The notes beneath the pieces were generated by a model. It was given only the letters and a program-made list of their open reading frames with translations. It did no database searches and was not told the DNA's origin. The position numbers and the translations under genes are program-made. From an uncultured Clostridia bacterium (GTDB lineage Bacteria > Bacillota > Clostridia > TANB77 > CAG-508), in contig CALXXJ010000005.1 in the NCBI GenBank assembly GCA_944392665.1, forward strand, positions 1,967 through 65,966: 64,000 nt of DNA, written 5' to 3'. This document shows positions 1 to 9,238 of this stretch, one piece after another (within the stretch, counting starts at the first letter, position 1; each line of letters opens with the position of its first letter).

Positions 1-23
1 TTTTTGTCCATTTTGGCACGTCC

Positions 24-1880
24 CTAACCAATTGCATGGAATGGACAGCTTGTAATACAAGTACCACATTTAATACATTTTTCTTGATTGATAATTCTTT
101 TATCTCTTCCTGAACCATCAATGGCATTGACTGGACAATGTTTTTGACATAAACCACAACCTTTACATTTTTCTTCATTGATTACAATTTTTGCCATTGC
201 CTTACATTCCTTTGTTCTACATTCCTTTTTTACAGCATGCTCTCTAAATTCTTCTCTGAAATATTTCATTGTACTAACAACTGGGTTTGGTGCTGTTTGC
301 CCTAATCCACATACACTTGATTTTTGAATATTAGCAGCTAGTTTTTCTAATTTATATAAATCTAGTTCTTCTCCTTCACCATTACATAATCTTTCTAAGA
401 TTTCTAACATTCTTTTTGTTCCAATTCTACAAGGGGTACATTTACCACAGCTTTCACTTACTGTAAAGTCTAGATAGAATTTTGCTAAGGCTACCATACA
501 TTTGGTATCATCCATAACAATTAGTCCTCCTGATCCCATCATAGAACCAATTTGTTTTAAAGATTCATAATCGATCGGTGTATCTAAGTGTTCTTTTGGA
601 ATACATCCTCCTGAAGGTCCTCCTGTTTGTGCAGCTTTAAATTCTCTACCATTTGGAATTCCTCCACCAATATCATAAATAATCTCTCTTAAGGTTGTTC
701 CCATAGGTACTTCTACTAATCCAATATTATTTACATTTCCACCTAAAGCAAATACTTTTGTTCCTTTTGAAGTTTCTGTTCCGATTGAAGAATACCATTC
801 TGCTCCATTTAATATAATTTGTGCAATATTAGCATAAGTTTCTACATTATTAATTAATGTTGGTTTTCCCCATAATCCTGATTGCGCTGGATATGGTGGT
901 TTTACTCTTGGCTGTCCTCTTTTTCCTTCAATAGATTCTAATAGTGCTGTTTCTTCACCACAAACAAAAGCGCCTGCTCCTAATCGAATTTCAATATCAA
1001 AGCTAAAATCTGTATCAAAAATATTATCTCCTAGTAATCCATAATCTCTTGCTTGGTCTATCGCAATTTTTAATCTTTGAACAGCAATTGGATATTCTGC
1101 TCTAACATAAATATATCCTTTATTTGCTCCAATAGCATATCCTGCAATTGTCATCGCTTCTAATACAGAATGTGGATCTCCCTCTAAGATACTTCTATCC
1201 ATAAATGCTCCTGGGTCACCTTCATCCGCATTACAAACCACATATTTTTGTTCTCCCTCAGAAGCTTTGGTAAGTTCCCATTTCTTACCTGTAGGGAAAC
1301 CTGCACCTCCTCTACCTCTTAATCCTGAATCCTTTATGACATCAATCACTTCATCTTGTATCATTTCTTTTAATACTTTTTCCAATGCTTTATATCCATC
1401 AAATGCTATGTACTCATCAATCTCTTCTGGATTCACAACACCACAATTTTTAAGAGCAATTCTTTTTTGCTTTTTATAAAAGTTTAATTCATCTAAGCTA
1501 TTCGCAACGGTTCCATCAATATCTTTACAAAGTAATCTTTCTACTCTTTCACCTTTTACAATATGTGTATCAATAATTTCCTCACAATCTTCTGGTGTTA
1601 CCAATGCATAAAAGGTATCCTCTGGTCTAATAATAACGATAGGTCCTTTTGCACAAAGTCCAAAACAACCGGTTTTAATAACTCTTACATTAGTTATATT
1701 TTTCTCTTTTAAAATTCTTCTGAAATTTTCTAAAATTTCAGGTGATTTTGAAGAAGTACAACCTGTACCATGACAAACCAAAATATGTTTTTCTCTGGTA
1801 TCTGCTTTTGTGTTAACTCTTAAATCTAATTCTTTTCTTTTTTCTTCTCGTATTTTGTGAATTTCTTCTAGACTTTTCAT
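24..1880 (-). CDS. NuoF-like NADH/FMN-binding subunit (HydB/HndC type) of a multimeric [FeFe]-hydrogenase / NADH oxidoreductase
   Basis: 618-aa ORF. N-terminal thioredoxin-like 2Fe-2S module (VCHGTGC). NuoF core (GRGGAGFPTGKKW). ESCGKCTPCR 4Fe-4S motif and two C-terminal CxxCxxCxxxCP ferredoxin motifs. SD AAGGAGG before the ATG at 1880. Directly downstream of a NuoE-like gene. A further ATG at 11..9 (minus) suggests the next operon gene starts at the window edge. Confidence 0.9.
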   Translation of the reverse strand: MKSLEEIHKIREEKRKELDLRVNTKADTREKHILVCHGTGCTSSKSPEILENFRRILKEKNITNVRVIKTGCFGLCAKGPIVIIRPEDTFYALVTPEDCEEIIDTHIVKGERVERLLCKDIDGTVANSLDELNFYKKQKRIALKNCGVVNPEEIDEYIAFDGYKALEKVLKEMIQDEVIDVIKDSGLRGRGGAGFPTGKKWELTKASEGEQKYVVCNADEGDPGAFMDRSILEGDPHSVLEAMTIAGYAIGANKGYIYVRAEYPIAVQRLKIAIDQARDYGLLGDNIFDTDFSFDIEIRLGAGAFVCGEETALLESIEGKRGQPRVKPPYPAQSGLWGKPTLINNVETYANIAQIILNGAEWYSSIGTETSKGTKVFALGGNVNNIGLVEVPMGTTLREIIYDIGGGIPNGREFKAAQTGGPSGGCIPKEHLDTPIDYESLKQIGSMMGSGGLIVMDDTKCMVALAKFYLDFTVSESCGKCTPCRIGTKRMLEILERLCNGEGEELDLYKLEKLAANIQKSSVCGLGQTAPNPVVSTMKYFREEFREHAVKKECRTKECKAMAKIVINEEKCKGCGLCQKHCPVNAIDGSGRDKRIINQEKCIKCGTCITSCPFHAIG

Positions 1881-1891
1881 ACTTTCCTCCT

Positions 1892-1963
1892 TTTTGTCTC
1901 ATAGAGTTCGTTTGTCTATGCGACATTTTGTCTCACTGAGATCGTTTGTCTATGCGACATTTT
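1892..1963. repeat. Two tandem copies of a ~34-bp unit in the NuoE-like/NuoF-like intergenic spacer
   Basis: The 22-mer TCGTTTGTCTATGCGACATTTT occurs at 1908-1929 and 1942-1963. Flanking TTTTGTCTCA also repeats (1892-1901, 1926-1935). Confidence 0.85.
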
Positions 1964-2462
1964 ATTTCTCTTCACTCTTTATAATTTCATCCAAAACTTC
2001 ATCCAATTTCTTAACAGTTGCTTTTCCATATACTTCACCATTTACTGTAAATACTGGTGCTAAACCACATGCACCAACACATCTAGTTTCTTCAATAGAA
2101 AACAATCCATCTTTTGTTGTTTCACCTGATTCTATTTGTAATCTTTCTTTTAATCTGTCCATAATTTTTTGAGAACCTTTTACATAACATGCCGTTCCCA
2201 AGCATACTGCAACATTATATTTTCCTTTAGGTTTTAGGGTAAATCTCGAATAAAAAGTTATGACTCCATAAATCTCTGCCATTGGAATATTTAAAAATTC
2301 TGAAAGTTCTATTTGTGCATTTTGTGGAATATATCCATAATGCTCTTGTACCTCATTTAACATTTGAATTAAATTATCTTTAATAGGTAAATACTCATCA
2401 AACAATTTTTGCATAAATTCGTCCCTTTTAGGACTACCACATTGACATTTGTTTTCGCTCAT
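1962..2462 (-). CDS. NuoE-like thioredoxin-fold [2Fe-2S] subunit (HydC/HndA type)
   Basis: 166-aa ORF with the NuoE pattern (VCLGTACYVKGS ... CVGACGLAPV). SD GAGGAGG upstream. First gene of the NuoE/NuoF pair. Confidence 0.88.
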   Translation of the reverse strand: MSENKCQCGSPKRDEFMQKLFDEYLPIKDNLIQMLNEVQEHYGYIPQNAQIELSEFLNIPMAEIYGVITFYSRFTLKPKGKYNVAVCLGTACYVKGSQKIMDRLKERLQIESGETTKDGLFSIEETRCVGACGLAPVFTVNGEVYGKATVKKLDEVLDEIIKSEEK

Positions 2463-2502
2463 TTCAATACCTCCTCGTATATATTATTGCGTAACCACAT
2501 AG

Positions 2503-2531
2503 ATTATATCAGACTAACATTTTTTATACAA
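2503..2531 (-). promoter_or_regulatory. Sigma-A-type promoter for the NuoE-like gene
   Basis: Minus strand TTGTAT (2531-2526) - 17 nt - TATAAT (2508-2503), about 40 nt upstream of the ATG at 2462. Confidence 0.5.
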
Positions 2532-2611
2532 GTTTTTTTTGTTTTTGTATTGACATTTTTGTCGAAAAATGTGAAAATTTAATTATGAAAACATGAAAGG
2601 GGGATTCATTT

Positions 2612-3187
2612 ATGGGATATTATGATTATTACTCTTCTTATCCAAGTTATTATGATTATTATGATTATGGATATGCAACAGAAACTGCTACAGCAACAGG
2701 ACTAGGAGCTATTTTAGGAGCTTTTCTAGGTATTATCCTTGTTATTGGGTTTGTTGTTGCTATCATACAATTAGCTGGAATGTGGAAAGTTTTCACAAAG
2801 GCTGGTGAAAAGGGTTGGAAATGTATTATACCAATTTATAACTTGGTTATATTATTCAGAATTTCTGGACTTTCACCATGGATTATATTTGGATATTTAG
2901 CAAGTATTATTCCATTCGTTGGATGGATCGTATGTTTAGGTATTACTATCTATCAATGTAATTCTTTAGCAAAATCATTTGGTAAAGATGTTGGATATAC
3001 AATTGGACTATTATTCTTACCAACTATTTTCTATATGATTTTAGGATTTGGTAAAGCGGAGTATGTTGGAAAAGGAAATGTTTCAACTGCAAGTAGTACA
3101 TATCAAGGTGATGGTATCGTAAATATTTCTGAAAAGCCACAAGACGAACCACCAACAAATAATCAAGAGGATAATTCTAATTTATAA
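2612..3187 (+). CDS. DUF5684-like small membrane protein with a Tyr-rich N-terminus
   Basis: 191-aa ORF and the only credible plus-strand gene. Motif MWKVFTKAGEKGWKCIIPIYNLVILFRISG is typical of DUF5684 proteins. SD AAGGGGGA. Followed by a clean terminator. Confidence 0.7.
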   Translation: MGYYDYYSSYPSYYDYYDYGYATETATATGLGAILGAFLGIILVIGFVVAIIQLAGMWKVFTKAGEKGWKCIIPIYNLVILFRISGLSPWIIFGYLASIIPFVGWIVCLGITIYQCNSLAKSFGKDVGYTIGLLFLPTIFYMILGFGKAEYVGKGNVSTASSTYQGDGIVNISEKPQDEPPTNNQEDNSNL

Positions 3188-3210
3188 AAATTGTCGAATT
3201 TTGTAAATGA

Positions 3211-3241
3211 AAAATAGAGGTTAAACCCTCTATTTTTTTTT
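3211..3241 (+). terminator. Rho-independent terminator
   Basis: AAAATAGAGG-TTAAAC-CCTCTATTTT hairpin followed by a T-run. Confidence 0.8.
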
Positions 3242-3323
3242 GACTATTTTGTAGTATAATTAAAGTTAAAATTTGTATAGATTCCCCTTGGAAATTTCCA
3301 GGGGCTTTTTTATTGTATTTTAG

Positions 3324-5288
3324 CTAATTATCTTCAATCAATTTTTCCAATTCTTTAATCTTATCACGTAATTCTGCTGCTTTTTCAAATTCCATCTCAG
3401 CTGCATATTTTAACATTTCGTCTGTTAATTTTGTAATCGTATCTTTGATATCTTCTTCTTTTTCTAGTTTATATTCTACTCCTATATCATCTGTAATCGT
3501 TACTTTAATAGAATCACGCACAGATTTTCGAATAGTCTTTGGTGTTATATGATGTTCTTTGTTATATGCTTCTTGGATTCTTCTTCTTCTATTTGTTTCT
3601 GAAATGGCTTTTTCCATACTTTCTGTCAATTCATCTGCATACATGATAACTGTACCATCTGTATTTCTTGCCGCCCTTCCAATAGTTTGAATTAAAGATC
3701 TTTCTGAACGTAAAAATCCTTCTTTATCTGCATCTAATATAGCAACTAAAGATACTTCTGGAATATCTAATCCTTCTCTTAATAAGTTAATACCAACTAG
3801 AACATCAAATTCACCTAATCTCAAATTTCTGATAATTTCCATTCTTTCTAATGTTTTTGTATCTGAATGCATATAGGTTACTTTAATATCTAATCCTTTT
3901 AAGTAATCTGTTAAATCTTCTGCCATTTTCTTTGTTAAAGTTGTTACTAAAACTCTTTCATTTTTTTCTACTCTGATACGAATTTGTTCTAACAAATCAT
4001 CTATTTGATTGGTTACTGGTTTTACTTCAATTTTTGGATCTAATAATCCAGTTGGTCTAATAATTTGTTCTACAATGTTTTCTTTACTATGTTCTTTTTC
4101 ATAGTCTCCTGGTGTAGCACTAACAAACACTACTTGATTTAATTTCTTTTCAAATTCTTCAAATGTTAAAGGTCTATTATCAAACGCTGATGGCAATCTA
4201 AATCCATAATTTATTAAAGATTCTTTTCTTGAATGATCCCCATTATACATGGCTCTTACTTGTGGAATGGTTGCATGAGACTCATCAATTAATAACAAGA
4301 AATCTTTTGGAAAATAATCAAATAATGTATATGGTGGACTTCCTGGTTTTCTTCCACTAATATGTCTTGAATAATTCTCAATACCAGAGCAAAATCCTGT
4401 CTCTTTCATCATTTCAATATCAAAATTTGTTCTTTCCTCTATTCTTTGTGCCTCAATCAATTTATTATGATCTTTGAAATATTTGATTCTTTCTTCCAAT
4501 TCCTCTTCTATGGTAACAATTGCTCTTTCCATCTTATTTTTTGTAGTTACATAATGAGATGCTGGAGAAATTAAAACATGCATTCTAGATCCAATGGTTT
4601 TTCCAGTTAATGGATTAATTTCGACTAATTTTTCAATTTCATCACCCCAAAATTCTACTCTAATAGCAGATTCTGATTGGTCAGATGGATAAATTTCAAC
4701 AATATCTCCTTTTGCTCTAAAAGTCCCTCTTTGGAAGTCAATTTCATTTCTAGTATATTGCATGGTAATTAATTTTCTTAAAACTTCATCTCTTCCTTTT
4801 TGCATACCTGGTCTTAAAGATAACATCATTTCTTGATAATCTTCTGGATCTCCTAAACCATAAATACAAGAAACAGACGCAACGATAATAACATCTCTTG
4901 TCTCAAATAAAGATAATGTTGCTGAATGTCTTAGTTTATCAATTTCATCATTCACAGAAGAGTCTTTTTCTATATAGGTATCTGATTGAGGAATATAGCT
5001 TTCTGGTTGGTAATAATCATAATAAGAAACAAAATACTCCACATTGTTTTCTGGAAAAAACTCTTTGAATTCGGAATAAAGTTGTCCTGCTAATGTCTTA
5101 TTATGTGCTAAAACAAGTGTTGGCTTTTGTACTTTTTGGATGATATTTGCCATTGTAAAGGTTTTTCCAGAACCTGTAACACCAAGAAGTGTTTGGAATT
5201 TCTTTCCCTCTTCTATTCCTTTTGATAAATATTCGATTGCTTTTGGTTGATCTCCTGTTGGTTTATATTCTGAATGTAATTTAAACAT
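3324..5288 (-). CDS. uvrB: Excinuclease ABC subunit B
   Basis: 654-aa ORF. Walker A GVTGSGKT, beta-hairpin region YYDYYQPE, helicase motifs, and a C-terminal UVR domain ([16 protein letters not shown]). SD AAGGAGGAA. Confidence 0.97.
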   Translation of the reverse strand: MFKLHSEYKPTGDQPKAIEYLSKGIEEGKKFQTLLGVTGSGKTFTMANIIQKVQKPTLVLAHNKTLAGQLYSEFKEFFPENNVEYFVSYYDYYQPESYIPQSDTYIEKDSSVNDEIDKLRHSATLSLFETRDVIIVASVSCIYGLGDPEDYQEMMLSLRPGMQKGRDEVLRKLITMQYTRNEIDFQRGTFRAKGDIVEIYPSDQSESAIRVEFWGDEIEKLVEINPLTGKTIGSRMHVLISPASHYVTTKNKMERAIVTIEEELEERIKYFKDHNKLIEAQRIEERTNFDIEMMKETGFCSGIENYSRHISGRKPGSPPYTLFDYFPKDFLLLIDESHATIPQVRAMYNGDHSRKESLINYGFRLPSAFDNRPLTFEEFEKKLNQVVFVSATPGDYEKEHSKENIVEQIIRPTGLLDPKIEVKPVTNQIDDLLEQIRIRVEKNERVLVTTLTKKMAEDLTDYLKGLDIKVTYMHSDTKTLERMEIIRNLRLGEFDVLVGINLLREGLDIPEVSLVAILDADKEGFLRSERSLIQTIGRAARNTDGTVIMYADELTESMEKAISETNRRRRIQEAYNKEHHITPKTIRKSVRDSIKVTITDDIGVEYKLEKEEDIKDTITKLTDEMLKYAAEMEFEKAAELRDKIKELEKLIEDN

Positions 5289-5397
5289 ATTTCCTCCTTG
5301 TGACCTTGCTAAAAATGAACATTATTAACCCAAAAAAATCGTGTAAGAAGGCCTCTATCAATCTTTGCATTCTACTTATTGCAATGTCTGCACTTTT

Positions 5398-5859
5398 TTA
5401 TAATCTTCTTCTTCGTTCATATTTTTGTTCTCCATATACTCCACCACCATTATTTTTCATTCTATCACTATCTAAGTTATAACCTTTTATCAGATACTCT
5501 TTTATCAATTTATTTGCCCATATTCTAAATTGAGTACCTCTAATGGATTTTACACGATAGCCTAGTGATATAATTACATCTAAGTTATAAAATTTAGTAT
5601 TATAATTTTTTCCATCTTTTGCAGTTAGTAAGGATTCCTTACTAACTGATTTTTCCTCTAATTCTCCTTCTGTAAATATATTTTTTATATGCATAGTTAT
5701 ATTATTTCTTGTCGTGTCAAATAATTCTGCCATTGCATTTTGAGTTAGCCATACATTTTCATCTTCTAGTCTAACTTCTATCCTAACTTGTCCATCATCT
5801 GTTGTATATATTATTATATTGTTTTGTGAATTAGTTAAATCATTATTCAAATTAATCAC
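5398..5859 (-). pseudogene. N-terminal fragment of a RhuM-family (virulence/Fic-associated) protein
   Basis: 153 aa. Strong resemblance to RhuM N-termini (VWLTQNAMAELF...ITMHIKNIF..GEL, YNLDVIISLGYRVKS..GTQFRIWA). Ends at about half the usual family length in a non-homologous RRRRL tail. Confidence 0.6.
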
Positions 5860-5971
5860 CTACTTTTTTGTGAGTATTATATCAAATTTGTTCACTGGTC
5901 TAAATATATAGTTATAACATATTATTTATATCATTTTTTTACAAAAAAAACAAGGCAAATACCTTAATCTC

Positions 5972-6009
5972 CAGGGTAATTTCATAAAATATTACGAAAT
6001 TGTAATATT
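5972..6009. repeat. IS terminal inverted repeat (left)
   Basis: CAGGGTAATTTCATAAAATATTACGAAATTGTAATATT is the exact reverse complement of 7158-7195. Confidence 0.9.
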
Positions 6010-7134
6010 ACCAATAACTTCCAATAGAAGATTATCATTAAGCAAGCAGTTGAACATGTTTGATTTTACTGTTTGCTTTTTATTCTTTAAATAATTCTTA
6101 TGAATACTTATTCCCATTTTTCTGAATATATTTAAGTTCTCTTGTGCTCTTTGACTTAATAATTTACATCTATCTTCATCATAAGTAACATCTAATATAT
6201 GATGCATACTTTCTATTTCCCAATGCTTCCTTGTATATGATAATAAATTTTCTGCTGTTGTATTCTTGCTACTTAAATAGCAACTAATTTCTTTCGTTAC
6301 CTTATTATCTTTTTCTACTTCTCTTACTACTGCAAATATCTTTTTTAATCCTTTCCAATTTGCTAAATAATCTGTAAAAAATGCTATTTCATTTAGCACA
6401 TAACATGTTCTTCTTTCAATTCTTCCATGACTTTTTTCTTCCGTTTTGTATATTTCATATTCACAATTTTTATCTGTTTCATCCATATATTTGTCATCGA
6501 ACATTGCGTATACATCTTCATAAAAACTTTTTTGATTTGCTTTTAATTGTAAAACATAATCTCCTCCGTTATTTACTATTTTTTCTGCTGTTTCTTTTTG
6601 ACAATGCATTGCATCTACTGTTATTATCATTCCTTTTACATCTAACATGTCTATTAATTCTTTTACTGCTGGAATTTCATTTGTTTTATTATCTACTTTT
6701 TTTTGTAATAATGATATCCCTGTATTTGTATATGCTGTTACAATATTCATCATTTTTTCTATGCTCTTTATTGCATCTGTTGATTTTATTGCTTTTCCAT
6801 CTATCATTATTTGAGTATGTTTTTCTTTTATTAAGCTTTGTACTATTCCTACAATACTTAGCCCTAACCATTTAGGGTCTATCATTACAAATATTCTTGT
6901 TAATGTTGATTTTGATGGAATAGATTCTATTTCAAATTCTTTTTCTAAAAATTCCTTTTTACTACTTCCATAATCAATCATTTTATCTAATTCATCCATT
7001 CCGCATAATACTGATATCATAACTAATTTCAATATGTCTATTAACTTATGTTTTGTTGTATATGCATCTCTTTCATCTTCTATTATTCCAAAATACATAT
7101 TAAATATCTCATTTATATTCATTATTATCACCAA
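5992..7134 (-). CDS. ISAs1-family (H-repeat-associated type) DDE transposase
   Basis: 380-aa ORF with family-typical blocks (IDGKAIKS, TVDAMHCQKETAEKI, GDYVLQLKANQ, RKHWEIESMHHILDVTYDEDRC). The stop codon lies inside the left IR. Confidence 0.85.
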   Translation of the reverse strand: MVIIMNINEIFNMYFGIIEDERDAYTTKHKLIDILKLVMISVLCGMDELDKMIDYGSSKKEFLEKEFEIESIPSKSTLTRIFVMIDPKWLGLSIVGIVQSLIKEKHTQIMIDGKAIKSTDAIKSIEKMMNIVTAYTNTGISLLQKKVDNKTNEIPAVKELIDMLDVKGMIITVDAMHCQKETAEKIVNNGGDYVLQLKANQKSFYEDVYAMFDDKYMDETDKNCEYEIYKTEEKSHGRIERRTCYVLNEIAFFTDYLANWKGLKKIFAVVREVEKDNKVTKEISCYLSSKNTTAENLLSYTRKHWEIESMHHILDVTYDEDRCKLLSQRAQENLNIFRKMGISIHKNYLKNKKQTVKSNMFNCLLNDNLLLEVIGNITIS

Positions 7135-7157
7135 TGAGATTTTAACATATATCTGAC

Positions 7158-7195
7158 AATATTACAATTTCGTAATATTTTATGAAATTACCCTG
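7158..7195. repeat. IS terminal inverted repeat (right)
   Basis: Exact reverse complement of 5972-6009. Confidence 0.9.
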
Positions 7196-7363
7196 CTTAA
7201 TCTCATAATTTTTACAATATTTAAATATAAATGATATAACTTGCTTTCTATATCTTTTCACTATAAGATTAAAAGCCTCGTTATCTCCGTTTAAAAATTC
7301 AGAATATAAGTCAGAATCTTTTTCTGCCTCTGAATATAAAGTTGTCAAATTATTCACCTCCAT
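7196..7363 (-). pseudogene. Sigma-70/ECF-type sigma factor N-terminal fragment, interrupted by the IS
   Basis: First 56 codons (…NGDNEAFNLIVKRYRKQVISFIFKYCKNYEIK) look like sigma region 2. The frame continues across the excised IS for only 10 more codons (5962..5930), so the gene was already truncated before insertion. Confidence 0.5.
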
Positions 7364-7440
7364 TTTTTTACTTTTAAATGTTAATCAATAATAAATACAA
7401 TATTTCTTTTCAAAAGTAACACTTTTTAATAAATTTTTCT

Positions 7441-7479
7441 AAAAAATAAATGGCAACTACTAATTTGGTAGTTACCATT
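7441..7479 (-). terminator. Rho-independent terminator of the 7543..8232 gene
   Basis: 12-bp stem AATGGTAACTAC/GTAGTTGCCATT (one G-U pair on the minus-strand RNA) followed by a U-run. Confidence 0.7.
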
Positions 7480-7542
7480 TTGAATGTGTGCTATTATAAC
7501 CTACATTTCAATTATGATCATTTTTATTATCATATGGAAAAC

Positions 7543-8232
7543 TTATAAAGCTATTCCTAAAAAGCTAAATGCAAATGCAGCAATATAGTATATGACTTCA
7601 ACTTTTATAAATACTTTTAAAGCTTTTTCATTATCTTCTTCTTTAAACATTTCTTTTACAACAAAGAACATTAATACTGTTGATATAACACTTAGTAATG
7701 AAGTTATTGGGTTTGTAACATATCTTATATTTGAACTTATATATGTTAAATATCCTAAAACTACTGAAATTACTACTGGTATTTTAGCAATAGATACTGT
7801 AGTAATTGATTTTGTTAATGATTGTTTATTATCTTTATTTAATACATGAATAATAATAGCCATTACTAATATTTTTAATACTGGTGATAACATTAATTTT
7901 ATTGTTGCTAATACATTAAATTTGTAATAGTCATAAATAATAAAGTCTATAATTTTACTAAGTAAAATAAGTACTACCCATGCAATTATAATAATTAGTG
8001 CTGTTTTATAAAATTGATTTTTATTATCATCTACGATTTCCTTGATAGTTTCTACTGGTTTTCCAAATAATTTACTTAACAATCCTTTTCCTTTTTGCGC
8101 CTCTTCTTTGAAGTTTATGTTTTTCATTTGCTCTTTTGTCTCCTTTAGAGTTTCAGCAGCTTGTTTTTTTAATTCTCCGTCATTGTTTACTTGTTGCTCA
8201 TTTTGTTCATTTACTTTCTCATTTTCATCCAT
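7543..8232 (-). CDS. Hypothetical polytopic membrane protein (Yip1-like architecture)
   Basis: 229-aa ORF. Charged, Glu/Lys/Asn-rich N-terminal ~75 aa, then about 5 predicted TM segments. SD GGGGAGGAAAG. No catalytic motif recognised. Confidence 0.6.
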   Translation of the reverse strand: MDENEKVNEQNEQQVNNDGELKKQAAETLKETKEQMKNINFKEEAQKGKGLLSKLFGKPVETIKEIVDDNKNQFYKTALIIIIAWVVLILLSKIIDFIIYDYYKFNVLATIKLMLSPVLKILVMAIIIHVLNKDNKQSLTKSITTVSIAKIPVVISVVLGYLTYISSNIRYVTNPITSLLSVISTVLMFFVVKEMFKEEDNEKALKVFIKVEVIYYIAAFAFSFLGIAL

Positions 8233-8342
8233 TATTCTTTCCTCCCCTTATTATATATATTTTACTACAATTGAATTATATCAAAAAAGATAAATTTTGT
8301 GAATATTTTATAAGAATCTTTTAATATCTCTTATATTATCTA

Positions 8343-8381
8343 ATACGAAAAAAGTATGCCTCATCTTTACGCATACTTTTT
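8343..8381 (-). terminator. Rho-independent terminator
   Basis: AAAAAGTATGC / GCATACTTTTT stem with an 11-nt loop. U-run on the minus strand directly after the AKR remnant. Confidence 0.7.
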
Positions 8382-8390
8382 CTTATACTT

Positions 8391-8743
8391 TTAAAAATGT
8401 GTTTCATCAATATCTAACTTAGATAATGCTTCATTTAATTTCTCCATTTCTTCCTTCGTTAATACAATTTCACTAGCTTGTAAGTTTTCTTTTAATCTAT
8501 TTTTGGCTACTGTTGCAATTAAATCTAATAATGCTTGATTATGATCCATTACTTCTGGTCTAAATCTTCCCATTAGACAACTGCTGTATCAAAAAAGTTA
8601 CAACCAAGCTGTATAGCTTCTCTTATAATCTTAACCATTTCTTTTTTATCTTGTGCCGGTCCATAAGCATGTGTCATCCCCATACACCCTAAACCAATTT
8701 CTGATACTTCTAATCTACTATTTCCTAATTTTCTTTTATTCAT
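8391..8743 (-). pseudogene. Aldo/keto reductase remnant with internal deletions and a frameshift
   Basis: ATG at 8743 gives MNKRKLGNSRLEVSEIGLGCMGMTHAYGPAQDKKEMVKIIREAIQLGCNFFDTAVV*, an AKR N-terminus. After a frame change, GRFRPEVMDHNQALLDLIATVAKN-RLKENLQASEIVLTKEEMEKLNEAL is an AKR C-terminus. The catalytic core of about 200 aa is missing. Confidence 0.8.
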
Positions 8744-8919
8744 TTAATCGACTCCTTATACTTTAAATTATTTTCTATTTTTCATGCTCCATAGAAATAT
8801 GACGCTGTTCCTGGTCTACATACTGGATGTTGGTCAAACATATTTTTATAAAAACCTCTTTTGGTTGAAAAGTAAAGAGATGAAAAACAAAAAATTAATG
8901 ATAAATCTTACTAAAAAAA

Positions 8920-8948
8920 TTGACAAATGTTTAAAAATTACGTATAAT
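8920..8948 (+). promoter_or_regulatory. Orphan consensus sigma-A promoter (candidate antitoxin sRNA promoter)
   Basis: TTGACA (8920-8925) - 17 nt - TATAAT (8943-8948). No plausible plus-strand ORF downstream. Confidence 0.6.
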
Positions 8949-8954
8949 AAATAT

Positions 8955-9046
8955 AGGAAATGACAATCGCAGAAATGCGGTTACCACATAAAAATATGGA
9001 TAAACGACACATCGCTCTGCCAAGCAAATGTGCCGTTTTATTATTT
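8955..9046 (+). ncRNA. Candidate ~90-nt antisense sRNA (type I antitoxin-like)
   Basis: Bounded by the consensus promoter and by hairpin 9004-9012/9028-9036 plus a TTTTATTATTT tract. Its 3' part is complementary to the 3' end and terminator of the convergent small-ORF transcript. Confidence 0.4.
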
Positions 9047-9154
9047 GCTCAAAAAGATAACCAAAGTTATAATTAAGGCAATATTTATGATAGTTACCCC
9101 TATTAATCCATAGAATAATAGGTAAATTATTGATAATAATGCTGATTCTATCAT
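9041..9154 (-). CDS. Candidate 37-aa hydrophobic peptide (type I toxin-like)
   Basis: GGAGG - 8 nt - ATG (9154). Peptide MIESALLSIIYLLFYGLIGVTIINIALIITLVIFLSK, tandem TAA TAA stops, terminator immediately after. The SD can be sequestered by an upstream ACCACCU. Corresponds to the 3' part of track ORF 9041..9280. Confidence 0.45.
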   Translation of the reverse strand: MIESALLSIIYLLFYGLIGVTIINIALIITLVIFLSK

Positions 9155-9238
9155 AGACACCACCTCCGTTCTCACAGTAAAACTGTGTATGTAGGTGGTA
9201 ACACGAACACATCTACTTTCTTCATTTTCTATGAACTT

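Larger units (their letters stand above)
5972..7195 (-). mobile_element. Intact ISAs1-family insertion sequence (1224 bp)
   Basis: Perfect 38-bp terminal inverted repeats (5972-6009 and 7158-7195). Flanked by a 9-bp direct repeat CTTAATCTC (5963-5971 and 7196-7204). One full-length transposase ORF. Confidence 0.9.

Noticed and set aside
14-24. TGGCAC in the recurring 13-mer as a sigma-54 -24 element (also on the minus strand at 59229-59234).
   Set aside because: Neither copy has the required TTGC(A/T) -12 element at the correct spacing. The two copies are in opposite orientation relative to their genes. No sigma-54 activator is nearby.
2560-2566. Exact Spo0A-box heptamers TGTCGAA at 2560-2566 and 3192-3198, and near matches TGTCGCA in the 1892-1963 repeat.
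   Set aside because: My rough composition-based estimate is that several exact 7-mers of this type occur by chance in 64 kb read on both strands. There is no positional or contextual support beyond that.
3283-3310. Hairpin CCCCTTGG-AAATT-TCCAGGGG downstream of uvrB as its terminator.
   Set aside because: The stem is real, but the U-tract is on the plus strand (GCTTTTTTATT). It is more likely a second or back-up terminator for the plus-strand DUF5684 gene. Its function on the minus strand is uncertain, so it is not listed as a uvrB terminator.
5289-5345. Possible LexA box upstream of uvrB (TTAATAATGTTCA around 5316-5328).
   Set aside because: Only the GTTC half-site is present and the other half reads TTAA/TAAT rather than GAAC. 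This is not comparable to the two boxes at 19173-19216.
6381-6875. Plus-strand ORFs in the track that lie antisense to well-supported minus-strand genes. Examples: 1267-1479, 6381-6875, 9357-9773, 13577-13855, 26518-26925, 35008-35355, 49748-50119, 51519-51884, 59314-59664, 61536-62132.
   Set aside because: All are shadow ORFs within strong coding regions on the opposite strand. They have low-complexity Leu/Phe/Ser/Ile-rich translations, no SD and no recognisable motifs. This is an expected artefact of AT-rich DNA with few stop codons on the antisense strand.
8765-8860. Short minus-strand ORF MFDQHPVCRPGTASYFYGA upstream of the AKR remnant as a fragment of the missing MerR regulator or another gene.
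   Set aside because: It is too short, I can recognise no diagnostic motif, and it has no SD. It may be another remnant, but this cannot be supported from sequence alone.
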